From NCBI GenBank assembly GCA_027118455.1, contig JAJAYZ010000067.1, forward strand, positions 6,987 through 70,986: 64,000 nt of DNA. The letters are read 5' to 3'. The DNA comes from Actinomycetes bacterium. Its GTDB lineage: Bacteria > Actinomycetota > Actinomycetes > JAHEKZ01. Made by a program: the position numbers and the translations under genes. Below, in pieces: positions 21,360-31,494 of this stretch (positions are counted from its first letter, which is position 1; each line of letters starts with the position of its first letter). A model generated the notes under the pieces. That model was not told where the DNA came from. It saw nothing but the letters and a program-made list of their open reading frames with translations, and made no database searches.

Positions 21360-21686
21360 ATGACGACGATCAAGGCCTCGTGCCCGGTGTGTGGGGACGT
21401 GGAGCTGACGCCCGAGCAGATGCGCCTGGTGGTGTGCAACCGCCAGGAGTGGTCCTACTACGCCTTCCAGTGCACCACGTGCGCAGACGAGGTGCGTAAG
21501 CCGGCTGACGCCGAGATCGTGGCGCTCTTGAAGTCAGGCGGTGTCGCCGTTACTCCCTGGCACATCCCAGCTGAGGCGCTAGAGGAGCACACCGGTCCCG
21601 TCATCAGCTACGACGAGATCCTCGACTTCGCACTGTGGCTGGAGAGCCACACCCTGGTGCCAGCCTCGTTCACGACCTCTCGATAG
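21360..21686 (+). CDS. Small zinc-ribbon protein (CPxCG...CTTC), hypothetical
   Basis: 108-aa ORF with CPVCGD and CTTCAD motifs. GGAGGT precedes ATG 21360. It lies between pafC and tatA. Confidence 0.5.
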   Translation: MTTIKASCPVCGDVELTPEQMRLVVCNRQEWSYYAFQCTTCADEVRKPADAEIVALLKSGGVAVTPWHIPAEALEEHTGPVISYDEILDFALWLESHTLVPASFTTSR

Positions 21687-21821
21687 AGGCCGCAAGCCGG
21701 TCTCCAGCATCGACACGGAGGACCCTGGCTCCGCCAAGGGCGCTCACGGCGTACCATCGACAGATCAGCTCACGCGGCGGAATCGACCCGGCGCACTTTC
21801 CGATAAGCAGAGGGACACGTC

Positions 21822-22088
21822 ATGCCCAGTTGGCTCGGAGGCCCAGAGATCCTCATTCTCGTCCTCGTTCTCGTGCTCCTGTTCGGTGCCAAGAAGCTGC
21901 CCGACACCGCGCGGGGGCTCGGCCGCTCACTGCGCATCTTCAAGTCCGAGATCAAGGCAGCGCAGGATGAGGACGGCAACAGCCCGCCCCAACAGATTCA
22001 GGCAGCACCAGGTGAAGTGGGCAGCCCCCAGCCAACCGTCGCTCCTCCGGCGGCTGAGCCGACCAATCCCGACGCCAGCGACCGCTGA
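21822..22088 (+). CDS. tatA: Sec-independent protein translocase TatA/E
   Basis: N-terminal transmembrane helix, hinge FG and amphipathic helix (ILVLVLVLLFGAKKLP). Confidence 0.85.
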   Translation: MPSWLGGPEILILVLVLVLLFGAKKLPDTARGLGRSLRIFKSEIKAAQDEDGNSPPQQIQAAPGEVGSPQPTVAPPAAEPTNPDASDR

Positions 22089-22120
22089 CCGCCGCACCTC
22101 ACCCGGCACCGGAGACCGCG

Positions 22121-23050
22121 GTGGCCATTGCCTCCACAGAGCCGCCCAGCGCTGGCGGCGCCATGCCGCTCATGGAGCACCTTCGTGAGCTCCGGACGCG
22201 CATCTTCAAGTCGATTGTCGCCGTCTGTCTCGGCGCTGTCGTCGGTTGGATCTTCTACGATCAGATCTTCGGGGTCATCACCGAACCCATCGTCTCCTTG
22301 GCGGACACCCAGCGGACCGCTGGACTCAACATCGAGTTGGTACTGAGCGGGGTCACCCAGGCATTCATGCTGCAGTTGAAGGTGGCCCTGCTGGCCGGCT
22401 TCATCATCGCTTCGCCCATCTGGCTCTACCAGCTTTGGGCCTTCATCACCCCAGGGCTCCACAAGCACGAACGGCGCTATGCGCTGGGCTTCATGTTCGC
22501 CGCCGTCCCCCTCTTTCTGCTCGGCGTAGCCCTCGCGCTCTGGGTGCTTCCGAAAGGCCTCACGATCCTCATCGGGTTCACGCCAGAGGACGTCAGCAAC
22601 TTCATCTCGGTCGACACCTACCTCTCGTTTCTCGTTCGGCTCGTCATCGTCTTCGGCGTCGGGTTCCTGACCCCCGTGATCATCGTTGCCCTGAACTTCA
22701 TGGGGGTGCTCACCGGCGCCGCGCTGCTTCGGTCATGGCGTTGGACAATCCTGGGCGTCTTCATCTTCGCAGCGGCCGCAACTCCGACTCCCGACCCCTT
22801 CACGATGCTCTTGCTTGCCCTGCCGATCCTGCTCTTGATCAGCGGTGCATTCCTGATCGCCGTCTTGAACGACCGCCGCCGGGCGCGGCGATCGAGCGAA
22901 CCGGACTACAGCGATCTCGCTGATGACGAAGCGTCACCCATCGGTGGCCCGGATGGCCCCGGCGGCGCTTCGCCGATCGAGACTCCGGCTCCGCTGGACG
23001 CTGACGAGTTCGAGCACCCCGGTCGCGACGACAGTGAGCCGTCCGCCTGA
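22121..23050 (+). CDS. tatC: Sec-independent protein translocase TatC
   Basis: MPLMEHLRELRTRI... TatC signature with six transmembrane helices. The true start may be the ATG at 22163. Confidence 0.88.
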   Translation: MAIASTEPPSAGGAMPLMEHLRELRTRIFKSIVAVCLGAVVGWIFYDQIFGVITEPIVSLADTQRTAGLNIELVLSGVTQAFMLQLKVALLAGFIIASPIWLYQLWAFITPGLHKHERRYALGFMFAAVPLFLLGVALALWVLPKGLTILIGFTPEDVSNFISVDTYLSFLVRLVIVFGVGFLTPVIIVALNFMGVLTGAALLRSWRWTILGVFIFAAAATPTPDPFTMLLLALPILLLISGAFLIAVLNDRRRARRSSEPDYSDLADDEASPIGGPDGPGGASPIETPAPLDADEFEHPGRDDSEPSA

Positions 23051-23121
23051 CCTTGCGCCAGCCACCCCGGGGCTCGATGCCGTCCGCCCTCCGGGTGCAC
23101 GCCGCCTGGCTCCCGTAGCCT

Positions 23122-25866
23122 TTGGGTATGACCAGCCCTGCTGAACGGTATGCCGACTGGCGCAAACGGCAGGAAGATGGAGACTCAGCACCTACTGTGC
23201 TTGTGGAGAGGTTCCGGGAGGGCTACCCCTTCGGCCTTGACGCGTTCCAGGTGCAGGCCTGCGAAGCGCTCGCTCGCGGAGAGTCGGTGCTGGTCGCCGC
23301 TCCCACGGGGTCCGGCAAAACTGTAGTCGGCGAGTTCGCTGTTGACCTTGCCCTGCAGCGCGGTCGGAAGTGCTTCTACACGACGCCGATCAAGGCCCTT
23401 TCCAACCAAAAGTACCGCGACCTCGTTGAGCGATACGGCGAGGAGTCGGTCGGGCTACTGACAGGCGACAACACGATCAATGGTGAGGCGCCGGTCGTCG
23501 TCATGACGACCGAGGTCCTCCGCAACATGTTGTACGCCGGGTCAGGCACCCTCAAAGAGTTGGCGTTCGTCGTCATGGACGAGGTGCACTACCTCGCTGA
23601 CCGGTTCCGCGGCGCAGTGTGGGAAGAGGTGATCATCCACCTCCCTGAGTCGGTCACCTTGGTTGCGTTGTCAGCCACGGTCAGCAACGCCGAGGAGTTC
23701 GGGGCGTGGATCACGACCGTCCGCGGGACGACCGAGGTGATTGTCTCCGAACACCGGCCGGTGCCGTTGTGGCAGCAGGTCATGTCGGGACGCCAGATCT
23801 ACGATCTGTTCGCAGATGACGAGCATCGGCGGGTGAATCCTGAGCTACAGCGGATGGCCCGCGACGAAGAGAGCCAGCGTCGGATGCGGGGGCATCGTCC
23901 GGCGCGAGGCGAACGACGTGGCCGGCCTCCTGGCGTCCCGAGTCGTCGAGATGTCGTAGAAGCGCTCCGTCACCGTGACCTGCTTCCGGCGATCTACTTC
24001 GTGTTCTCACGTGCGGGATGTGACGCTGCGGTTCGTCAGCTCCTGCAGTCCGGGGTCCGCCTCACCGAACCGCAGCGAGCCGACGAGATCCGTTCGCTTG
24101 TCGAGAAACGCACCGCACACCTCACCGACGAGGACTTGCGTGTCCTGGAGTTTGGCGACTTCCTCGATGGCCTCGAGCGGGGCTTCGCCGCGCACCACGC
24201 CGGATTGCTGCCGGTGTTCAAGGAGATCGTGGAAGACCTGTTCGCCAGTGGCCTGGTGATGTGCGTCTTCGCCACTGAGACTCTTGCACTCGGCGTCAAC
24301 ATGCCGGCTCGCACCGTGGTCATCGAGAAGCTGACGAAGTGGAACGGCGAGACACATGCCGAGATCACACCGTCGGAGTACACCCAGCTCACCGGCCGAG
24401 CAGGACGCCGCGGCATTGACGTCGAAGGTGACGCTGTCGTGCTGTGGCAACCCGGCTTGGATCCGCAGGCTCTCGCGGGGTTGGCTTCCACCCGCACCTA
24501 CCCCTTGCGGTCCTCGTTCAGCCCGACCTACAACATGGCAGTCAACTTGGTCCGGCAGATGGGTCGACACACCGCGCGGGAGGTCTTGGAGACTTCTTTC
24601 GCGCAGTTCCAGGCCGACCGAGCCGTCGTCGGCCTGGCCAGACAGCTGCGCAAGAATGAGGAGGCACTGGCCGGCTACGCCGATTCGATGAACTGCCATC
24701 TTGGGGACTTCATCGAGTACGCGTCCATCAGGCGTGGGCTCTCCGACCGCGAGAAGCAGCTGGCCCGCGACGACACCGCCGGCCGACGTGCCGAGGTGGC
24801 CCAAGCACTCGACCGGCTCGAGGTCGGAGACGTCGTACGGCTCCCTGGAGGAGGACGCCGGTCAAGCCGAATCGGCGTGGTCATCGAACGTGGGAGCCTG
24901 AGTGGATTTGAGGGAGCTCGGCCCGTTCTGCTCACCGAGGATCGTCAAGTACGAAAGTTTGCCGCCACGGACTTCGTTGACCCCCCCGAACCCCTCGAGC
25001 GGTTGCGGATGCCCAAGGGCTTTCGCTCGCGAGACACCAAGGCGCGGAAAGCCCTGGCGGCGCGACTGCGCGAAGTCGAGGCCCCACCTCGACAGCGCTC
25101 CCGACGCGGAGCAGCGTCTGAGGATGAGACGCTGTCGGCCCTGCGGGCTCAGTTGCGCGCGCACCCGTGCCACAGCTGCAACGAGCGCGAGGACCACGCA
25201 CGGTGGGCCGAACGGTGGCACCGTCTGCAGCGTGAAACCCAGACGCTGCAACGACGCGTCAATGACCGTACCGGCAGCATCGCGCGTACCTTCGACCGAG
25301 TCGTCGCCGTTCTCGACGAGATTGGCTACCTCGACGGAGACACGGTGACCGCCGATGGCGAGCGTTTGACGCGCTTGTACACGGAGATGGACCTCGTGGC
25401 AGCCGAAGCGCTGCGTCACGGACTGTGGCGAGGGCTGACGCCGGCCGAACTGGCTGCCGCCGTGTCGGTGCTCGTCTATGAAGCACGCCGCGACCTCGGA
25501 ACACCTCCCAAGATCCCTGGTGGTGCTGGTCGGACGGCCATTGAGCAGACACTCCGACTGGCCGACGATCTCTCTGCGCTTGAGCGCGAACACCGGCTCT
25601 CTGCGATCCGTGACCCCGACACCGGCTTCGCCTGGGCCGCCTACCGATGGGCCAGTGGGCACCGGTTGGAGGCGGTGCTGACCGAGAGCGAGTTGGCCGC
25701 CGGTGATTTCGTACGCTGGTGCAAGCAACTGATCGACTTGTTAGGCCAGGTGGCCAACGCAGCAGCGACGAGCGCGGTTGCGGGTGACGACGCCGTCACT
25801 GCCGCGGCCAGGACGGCGATCGGTTCGCTGCGCCGCGGCGTAGTGGCCGTCACCGCTGAAGAGTGA
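23122..25866 (+). CDS. helY: Ski2-like DEAD/DEAH-box RNA helicase HelY
   Basis: Walker A APTGSGKT, DEVH box and helicase C domain in a 914-aa Ski2 architecture. Positioned after tatC as in mycobacteria. Confidence 0.88.
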   Translation: MGMTSPAERYADWRKRQEDGDSAPTVLVERFREGYPFGLDAFQVQACEALARGESVLVAAPTGSGKTVVGEFAVDLALQRGRKCFYTTPIKALSNQKYRDLVERYGEESVGLLTGDNTINGEAPVVVMTTEVLRNMLYAGSGTLKELAFVVMDEVHYLADRFRGAVWEEVIIHLPESVTLVALSATVSNAEEFGAWITTVRGTTEVIVSEHRPVPLWQQVMSGRQIYDLFADDEHRRVNPELQRMARDEESQRRMRGHRPARGERRGRPPGVPSRRDVVEALRHRDLLPAIYFVFSRAGCDAAVRQLLQSGVRLTEPQRADEIRSLVEKRTAHLTDEDLRVLEFGDFLDGLERGFAAHHAGLLPVFKEIVEDLFASGLVMCVFATETLALGVNMPARTVVIEKLTKWNGETHAEITPSEYTQLTGRAGRRGIDVEGDAVVLWQPGLDPQALAGLASTRTYPLRSSFSPTYNMAVNLVRQMGRHTAREVLETSFAQFQADRAVVGLARQLRKNEEALAGYADSMNCHLGDFIEYASIRRGLSDREKQLARDDTAGRRAEVAQALDRLEVGDVVRLPGGGRRSSRIGVVIERGSLSGFEGARPVLLTEDRQVRKFAATDFVDPPEPLERLRMPKGFRSRDTKARKALAARLREVEAPPRQRSRRGAASEDETLSALRAQLRAHPCHSCNEREDHARWAERWHRLQRETQTLQRRVNDRTGSIARTFDRVVAVLDEIGYLDGDTVTADGERLTRLYTEMDLVAAEALRHGLWRGLTPAELAAAVSVLVYEARRDLGTPPKIPGGAGRTAIEQTLRLADDLSALEREHRLSAIRDPDTGFAWAAYRWASGHRLEAVLTESELAAGDFVRWCKQLIDLLGQVANAAATSAVAGDDAVTAAARTAIGSLRRGVVAVTAEE

Positions 25867-25899
25867 CTCATCCAGAAGTCACCGTCAGCCCTGGATCTG

Positions 25900-26820
25900 T
25901 CAGGCAGCTCGCGCCATGGCTTCGATGAGCCGGTTCACCGACCGGGCGATTCCCCATCGAGCGGTCAGATTCTCCAGAGTCTCCGGGTCGGCCGGAGTAC
26001 GGGGGAGCGCAGAGCTCAGTTCTGGTACCGCGACGTTCGTGCGCACTCGCACGACCTCGATAGCCCGCGTCAGGTACTCGATGGCCGGCTCGATCTTGGC
26101 TCGGTGTGGCACATCGACCGATGGGTCCTTCATCGCCGCCAGTAGTGACTCGATCGTCGGAAACTGGGCAACGACGGTCGCCGCTGACTTGCCGCCGACC
26201 CCTTTCACACCAGGAAGTCCGTCTGAGGGATCGCCACGTAAAGTGGCAAAGTCGGCGTACGACGAAGCAGGGACGTCGTAGCGCTCTTGCACACTCCCGT
26301 CGGTGATCCGTTCGGCCTTGGCGAAGCCCTTGCCGATGTAAACGATCGTGGTCGGGCGTACGTCCTCGGCAAGCTGAAAGAGATCGCGGTCTCCGGTGAC
26401 GATGTCGACCGGCATCGCGGCCGCACGGGCAAGCGTTGCCATGACGTCGTCCGCCTCGAAATCCGTAGCGCCAGCACGGGCAACGCCGAGAGCATCCAGC
26501 ACCGCCTCGATCACCGGCACCTGGGGCGCGAGGGCATCGGGGACTTCCTCGACATCTGGGGGTTGGTCGACCGCCACGCGATGAGCCTTGTACCCGGGGA
26601 CGAGGTCAACCCGCCACTGCGGACGCCAGTCAGTGTCGAAGCAGGCCACCAGGTCAGTGGCCGGATGGTTGGTCAGGATGCGGGTGATCGCGTCCAGGAA
26701 CCCCCGGACGGCACCGATAGGAGTTCCGTCGGGCGCTGTGATGGACTCTGGCACGCCGTGGAAGGCCCGGAAGTACATCGAGGCGGAGTCCAGGAGCATC
26801 AGTCGAGACGTCGGCACCAT
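25900..26820 (-). CDS. 5'-3' exonuclease (Pol I N-terminal/FEN-like)
   Basis: LLLDSASMYFRAFHG... and the acidic residue clusters of the 5' nuclease family. Confidence 0.85.
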   Translation of the reverse strand: MVPTSRLMLLDSASMYFRAFHGVPESITAPDGTPIGAVRGFLDAITRILTNHPATDLVACFDTDWRPQWRVDLVPGYKAHRVAVDQPPDVEEVPDALAPQVPVIEAVLDALGVARAGATDFEADDVMATLARAAAMPVDIVTGDRDLFQLAEDVRPTTIVYIGKGFAKAERITDGSVQERYDVPASSYADFATLRGDPSDGLPGVKGVGGKSAATVVAQFPTIESLLAAMKDPSVDVPHRAKIEPAIEYLTRAIEVVRVRTNVAVPELSSALPRTPADPETLENLTARWGIARSVNRLIEAMARAA

Positions 26821-27263
26821 TGGGCGAACCTACCGGCTCCCTGGGGCGGGGGATAGGAGTAGGAGCGTGACTCAACGGCCGGCCCAGGCGCGGCTCACAA
26901 CGATAAGAAACTTGAGGACGCAGAGGGTCTGAGTTTGCGCCGACGAGCCAGTGCGGCCATCCGGCATCCCATGCCCCTGGTTGTAGAGCCTGTTGACGCA
27001 CTGGGTGTAGCTCTGGTCTGGAACCGACCCGCACTCCTGGGTCGCCTTACGGTCCAAGCCCGGCCCTGCCAACCCCCAGAGAGAGACGCCGCGCGCGGAG
27101 CGGATGACCGTCGCACCGAGCAGTGATCACGGCAGCCACTTCGTCCCGTAGGTCAGCGGCACGCGTCGACCGTAGGGCGCAGCCGTGGTTGCCTTCAGAA
27201 GTTGCCCGGTTCCGTCTTTGCCAAGGCGCCCTTGACGAATCGCAAGGAGGGCCGGACCGTAGG

Positions 27264-27566
27264 GGTATGGAACCGGTGAGCCCGCTGCCGACGCAGGGTG
27301 CGGTCTTCTTCGACCCGCGCGACGAAGGTCGCTTTCTTCGGGTCTCGTTCCACGACCCGCTCGGCGTTTTCGTCCTCAGCCTGTGGAAGGACCACACCTG
27401 CCTCGGGACGTTCCGGCTTCCTGCCGACGAGGCTCCACGCCTGGTCCACGCGATGGTGAGCGCGCTCGTCGAAGGTGACGATGCCATGAGTTCCACCACG
27501 CCATCTTCTGATGCTCGGACCATTTCAGCCGTTTCCGAGGCTCTCCAACGACGCGAGAACGCCTGA
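27264..27566 (+). CDS. Hypothetical small protein (100 aa)
   Basis: High GC3 and coding-like composition. No recognisable motif. The opposite-strand ORF 27047..27580 is R/S-rich junk. Confidence 0.3.
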   Translation, partial: GMEPVSPLPTQGAVFFDPRDEGRFLRVSFHDPLGVFVLSLWKDHTCLGTFRLPADEAPRLVHAMVSALVEGDDAMSSTTPSSDARTISAVSEALQRRENA

Positions 27567-27603
27567 AACGCTGCGATCACCTGAGCGGGGTACCGTTGCG
27601 GCT

Positions 27604-28737
27604 GTGGATCCTTTCGCCGACGGCCGCCGTCTTGCGGCTGCCCAAGAAGCTGCTCGTCGTGCCGGTATCGACGCCCTGCTCGTCACGCCAGGGCCTGATC
27701 TGCTCTACCTGACCGGTTATCAAGCAATCGCCCTGGAGCGGCTGACCTGTCTCGTCGTTCCAGCCAATGGCGAGCCCGTGCTCGTGGCACCTGAGCTTGA
27801 AGTGCCAGCCGCGCAGGCATCGCCCTTGGGTGCGGTTGGGGTCCCCATTCGAAGCTGGGCCGAGACCGACGACCCCTACGCGCTGGTCGCCGCGCTGGTC
27901 GCCGCGCTGGCGCCTCGTGCAGCGGCGGTCGCGCTCACCGACTCCATGGCGGCCGGGGCCGTACTCCGCCTGCGAGACGCCATGCCGAAGGCGCGTCAGC
28001 AGCTGGCCGGGCCGGTGCTGCGCGAGTTGCGCATGATCAAGAGTCCTGACGAGATCGAGTACCTCCGACGGGCAGGTCGCGCCATCGACAGCGTTCACGA
28101 GCAGGTGCCCGACTTCCTGCGCCCTGGACGCACCGAGCGGGAGGTCGGGGACGACATCGCCGAGGCGATCCTTGCGGCCGGACACACCACCGTCGACTTC
28201 GTCATCGTGGCCAGCGGGCCCAACGGCGCCAGCCCGCACCACGAGGTTTCCGATCGCCGCATCAACGTCGGTGACCCCGTCGTTGTCGACATCGGCGGCA
28301 CCATGGACAGCGGCTACTGCTCCGACTCGACCCGTACCTACGCGCTGGGGCACGCGCCCGATGACTTCCTGGCCTACTACACCGTCCTCCAGGAAGCACA
28401 ACGCCATGCCGTCGAGTCAGTTCGACCCGGCGTGACCGCCGAGTCGGTGGACACCGTTGCGCGAGATGCCATCACTGAAGCCGGATACGGGGATCGGTTC
28501 ATCCACCGTACCGGTCACGGCATCGGGCTTGAGACGCACGAGGAGCCCTACATCGTGCAGGGCAACGCTGAACTGCTACGCGCCGGAATGGCGTTCAGCG
28601 TCGAGCCGGGGATCTACCTGCCCAACCAACATGGCGCGCGCATCGAGGACATCGTCGTAGTCAGCGCTAACGGCGTCGAATCACTGAACAACACGACCCA
28701 TGAGCTCGTCGTCATCGATCCCACTTACAGTTCCTGA
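27604..28737 (+). CDS. M24 family Xaa-Pro dipeptidase/aminopeptidase
   Basis: Creatinase-like N-terminal domain plus M24 'pita-bread' catalytic domain (HRTGHGIGLETHE, ..VEPGIY..). The likely start is GTG ~27604. Confidence 0.85.
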   Translation: MDPFADGRRLAAAQEAARRAGIDALLVTPGPDLLYLTGYQAIALERLTCLVVPANGEPVLVAPELEVPAAQASPLGAVGVPIRSWAETDDPYALVAALVAALAPRAAAVALTDSMAAGAVLRLRDAMPKARQQLAGPVLRELRMIKSPDEIEYLRRAGRAIDSVHEQVPDFLRPGRTEREVGDDIAEAILAAGHTTVDFVIVASGPNGASPHHEVSDRRINVGDPVVVDIGGTMDSGYCSDSTRTYALGHAPDDFLAYYTVLQEAQRHAVESVRPGVTAESVDTVARDAITEAGYGDRFIHRTGHGIGLETHEEPYIVQGNAELLRAGMAFSVEPGIYLPNQHGARIEDIVVVSANGVESLNNTTHELVVIDPTYSS

Positions 28738-28767
28738 CCCTCTGCCAAGCAAGGAGCACCTACAGCT

Positions 28768-29922
28768 GTGGCCCTGACCGTCACTCGAGAGTTCACCGAT
28801 CCCAGTTCGGCCGACCTGCTGCCCACCGTGCGGCAGATCTGCGACGACCTCCTAGCACCGCGAGCAGCCGCTGCAGAAGACACAGCCGAGTTCCCACGTG
28901 AGGTGTTTCGAACTCTCGGAGCCGCTGGGCTGCTCAGCCTCCCCTTCCCGCAGGAGTACGGCGGCGCAGGGCTGCCGCTGCACGACTACCTTCAAGTGAT
29001 CGAAGAGTTGACCTCCGCCTGGGCGACCGTCGGCCTCGGCGTCAGCGTTCACACGCTTTCGTGTTTCCCGCTTGCCTCGTTCGGCACCGACGAGCAGAAG
29101 CAACGCTGGCTTCCGGCGATGCTTGGTGGTCAGCTGCTTGGTGCGTACTGCCTCTCGGAGGCAGAAGCAGGTTCGGACGCGGCAGCGCTCGCCACCAGCG
29201 CCTCGCACACCGACCTCGGATATCGAGTCAACGGCGTGAAGTCGTGGATCAGCCACGGCGGAGTTGCTGATTTCTACGTCGCCATGGTGCGCACGTCCGA
29301 CGATGGAGCGAAGGGCATCACCTGCCTGCTGCTCGACTCCGACACCGCTGGCCTCTCGGCCAGGAGCCCAGAACGCAAGCTCGGTTTCTCGGCGTCCCCG
29401 ACGGCTCAGATGGTCTTCGACGATGTCCCGGTTGACGCAGACCGACGAATGGGGGAGGAGGGGCAAGGCTTTGCCATCGCGCTGGCAGCCCTCGATGGAG
29501 GCCGCCTCGGGATGGCAGCGTGTGCAGTCGGTATCGCACAGGCGGCCCTCGACCTCGCGGTCCAGTACGCGCATGAGCGTGAGCAGTTTGGCCGCCTCAT
29601 CGCAGAGTTCCAGGGGTTGTCATTCATGCTTGCCGACATGGCCACCCAGGTGGCAGCAGCGCGCGCGCTCTATCTGGCCGCCGCCCGCAAGCGTGATCGC
29701 GGCGAGACGTTCGGAGTCGATGCCGCGATGGCCAAGCTCTTTGCCACTGACATGGCCATGCAGGTGACCACGGATGCGGTTCAGGTGCTCGGTGGTGCCG
29801 GCTACGTGAAGGACTACCCCGCCGAGCGCTACTTCCGCGAGGCCAAAGCGTTGCAGATCGTCGAGGGGACCAATCAGATCCAGCGCGTGGTGATCGGCCG
29901 TTCCTTGCGCCCGCGTCGGTAG
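28768..29922 (+). CDS. Acyl-CoA dehydrogenase
   Basis: Three-domain ACAD architecture with C-terminal ..YVKDYPAERYFREAKALQIVEGTNQIQRVVIGR. The catalytic Glu region is conserved. Confidence 0.9.
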   Translation: MALTVTREFTDPSSADLLPTVRQICDDLLAPRAAAAEDTAEFPREVFRTLGAAGLLSLPFPQEYGGAGLPLHDYLQVIEELTSAWATVGLGVSVHTLSCFPLASFGTDEQKQRWLPAMLGGQLLGAYCLSEAEAGSDAAALATSASHTDLGYRVNGVKSWISHGGVADFYVAMVRTSDDGAKGITCLLLDSDTAGLSARSPERKLGFSASPTAQMVFDDVPVDADRRMGEEGQGFAIALAALDGGRLGMAACAVGIAQAALDLAVQYAHEREQFGRLIAEFQGLSFMLADMATQVAAARALYLAAARKRDRGETFGVDAAMAKLFATDMAMQVTTDAVQVLGGAGYVKDYPAERYFREAKALQIVEGTNQIQRVVIGRSLRPRR

Positions 29923-29970
29923 ACCGGGATCTGCGCACAGCACGGTGCTCGACGCCAGTAGGCTGGCGCC

Positions 29971-30465
29971 GTGGATGAGCTCGACGGACACGACCGGCAG
30001 ATCGCCCAGCTGCTCAGTGCAGACGGCAGGATGAGTTACACCGAGCTGGCCAAGCACACGGGACTCTCGACGTCTGCGGCTCACCAACGGGTTCGACGAC
30101 TCGAACAACGCGGCGTCATCACCGCGTATCGAGCAAGCATCGATCTTTCAGCCATCGGACTGCCCATGACGGCATTCGTGTCGATCTCACCCATTGACCC
30201 CGCAGACCCCGACGACATCCCCGATCGGGTCGCTCATCTGCGGGCCGTTGAGTCGTGCTACAGCGTGGCCGGTGACCACAACTACGTCCTCAACGTCCGG
30301 GTTGCCAGCCCAGTAGCCCTTGAGCAGCTCCTAGCCGACCTGCGTGCCAGCGCCCACGTCACCACCCGGACCACGGTGGTTCTGAGCATTCCGTACGAGA
30401 ACCGCCCACCCGATCTCGGCGACAATCCAGGAGACGAGGCCGACGGGGACACCGCTCCCTGGTAG
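29971..30465 (+). CDS. Lrp/AsnC family transcriptional regulator
   Basis: N-terminal HTH (DRQIAQLLSADGRMSYTELAK) and C-terminal RAM domain. Confidence 0.85.
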   Translation: MDELDGHDRQIAQLLSADGRMSYTELAKHTGLSTSAAHQRVRRLEQRGVITAYRASIDLSAIGLPMTAFVSISPIDPADPDDIPDRVAHLRAVESCYSVAGDHNYVLNVRVASPVALEQLLADLRASAHVTTRTTVVLSIPYENRPPDLGDNPGDEADGDTAPW

Positions 30466-30657
30466 CCAGCGCCTGGCCAGATGCCGCGCGTGAGTTCTCC
30501 CGTTATGTCCGACATTTCCAGAAGCGCCGCGGCTCGTCGAGATGCAGGTTCGCCCACCCATTCGGGTTAGGCTCAAACTTGATCACGAACAGGTCACGGC
30601 GGCACACCTGATGACTCGTCGTCCGGATCTCACGGCTCACGAACGAAGGCAGGAACT

Positions 30658-31476
30658 GTGGCAGGGCGACGACGAGCAGCGCGAACGAGCACGGCCTCAG
30701 CCGGTCTGGCTGGCGCCATCGCCGACCGCACTCGGCTCGTGGGCGTCACCGCACTGATCGCCACGGCAGCTCTGCTTGCCGCACTGGTCGTCCCGGCCGT
30801 GTGGCGCTCAGCCGGCACCGACGTCGAGGCCTCAGCGGAGGCCAGCAGCCTCTTCACCCTCGTCAACCAGGCGCGGGCCAACAACGGACTGGCTCCGCTG
30901 GACTTCGCCTCCGACCTCACGGCGGTTGCCGCTCAACGAGCCTCGATCATGGCCGAGTCCGGCTCACTCACCCACACGCCTGACCTGGGCGGGCAGGTCT
31001 GCTGCTGGACGTGGATCGGCGAAAACGTTGCATTCGCCGGATCGGTGCAGTCGGTCAACGACGTCCTCATGAACTCGGCGCCACACCGCGCGAACATCCT
31101 TAATGCCGATGCCGACGACATCGGAGTCGCCGTCGTCAAAAGTGGGGGCGAGTACTGGGCGGCCGAGGTGTTCCGCGCCCGCTCTGACGCCGATCGGGCT
31201 GACGATGCCAACTCCGACTCACGCGGTGACAGCCGCGGCTCACCGGCGACGACCAGTGCCCCATCCTCGACGACTGGCTCAACCGGCACTGGTACCACCA
31301 CGACGACGAGCACGGCTCCGGTCCTGACCCGAGCCGAGCTCCTGCGCCAGCAGCTGAAGCAAGATTTATACAACGCGCGGCAGGACCTGCAGGCCGATCG
31401 TCGAAAGCATGGACCGTTCGATCCGGTGAAAGCAGCCGTCCGCTATTCGGCAACGCTCGACAGAGTGACCCGCTAG
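30658..31476 (+). CDS. Membrane-anchored CAP/SCP/PR1-like domain protein
   Basis: N-terminal transmembrane anchor, then CAP-domain motifs (HTPDLGG..GENVAF, SAPHRANIL) and a T/S/G-rich C-terminal tail. Confidence 0.7.
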   Translation: MAGRRRAARTSTASAGLAGAIADRTRLVGVTALIATAALLAALVVPAVWRSAGTDVEASAEASSLFTLVNQARANNGLAPLDFASDLTAVAAQRASIMAESGSLTHTPDLGGQVCCWTWIGENVAFAGSVQSVNDVLMNSAPHRANILNADADDIGVAVVKSGGEYWAAEVFRARSDADRADDANSDSRGDSRGSPATTSAPSSTTGSTGTGTTTTTSTAPVLTRAELLRQQLKQDLYNARQDLQADRRKHGPFDPVKAAVRYSATLDRVTR

Positions 31477-31494
31477 TTGGTCGCGCCTGTACGT

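Noticed and set aside
22906-23191. Small ORFs in the tatC 3' end / helY upstream region
   Set aside because: They overlap real genes in antisense orientation. No independent support.
27047-27580. Minus-strand 177-aa ORF overlapping the pepE start
   Set aside because: Arg/Ser-rich translation typical of antisense frames in high-GC DNA. It overlaps two plus-strand genes.
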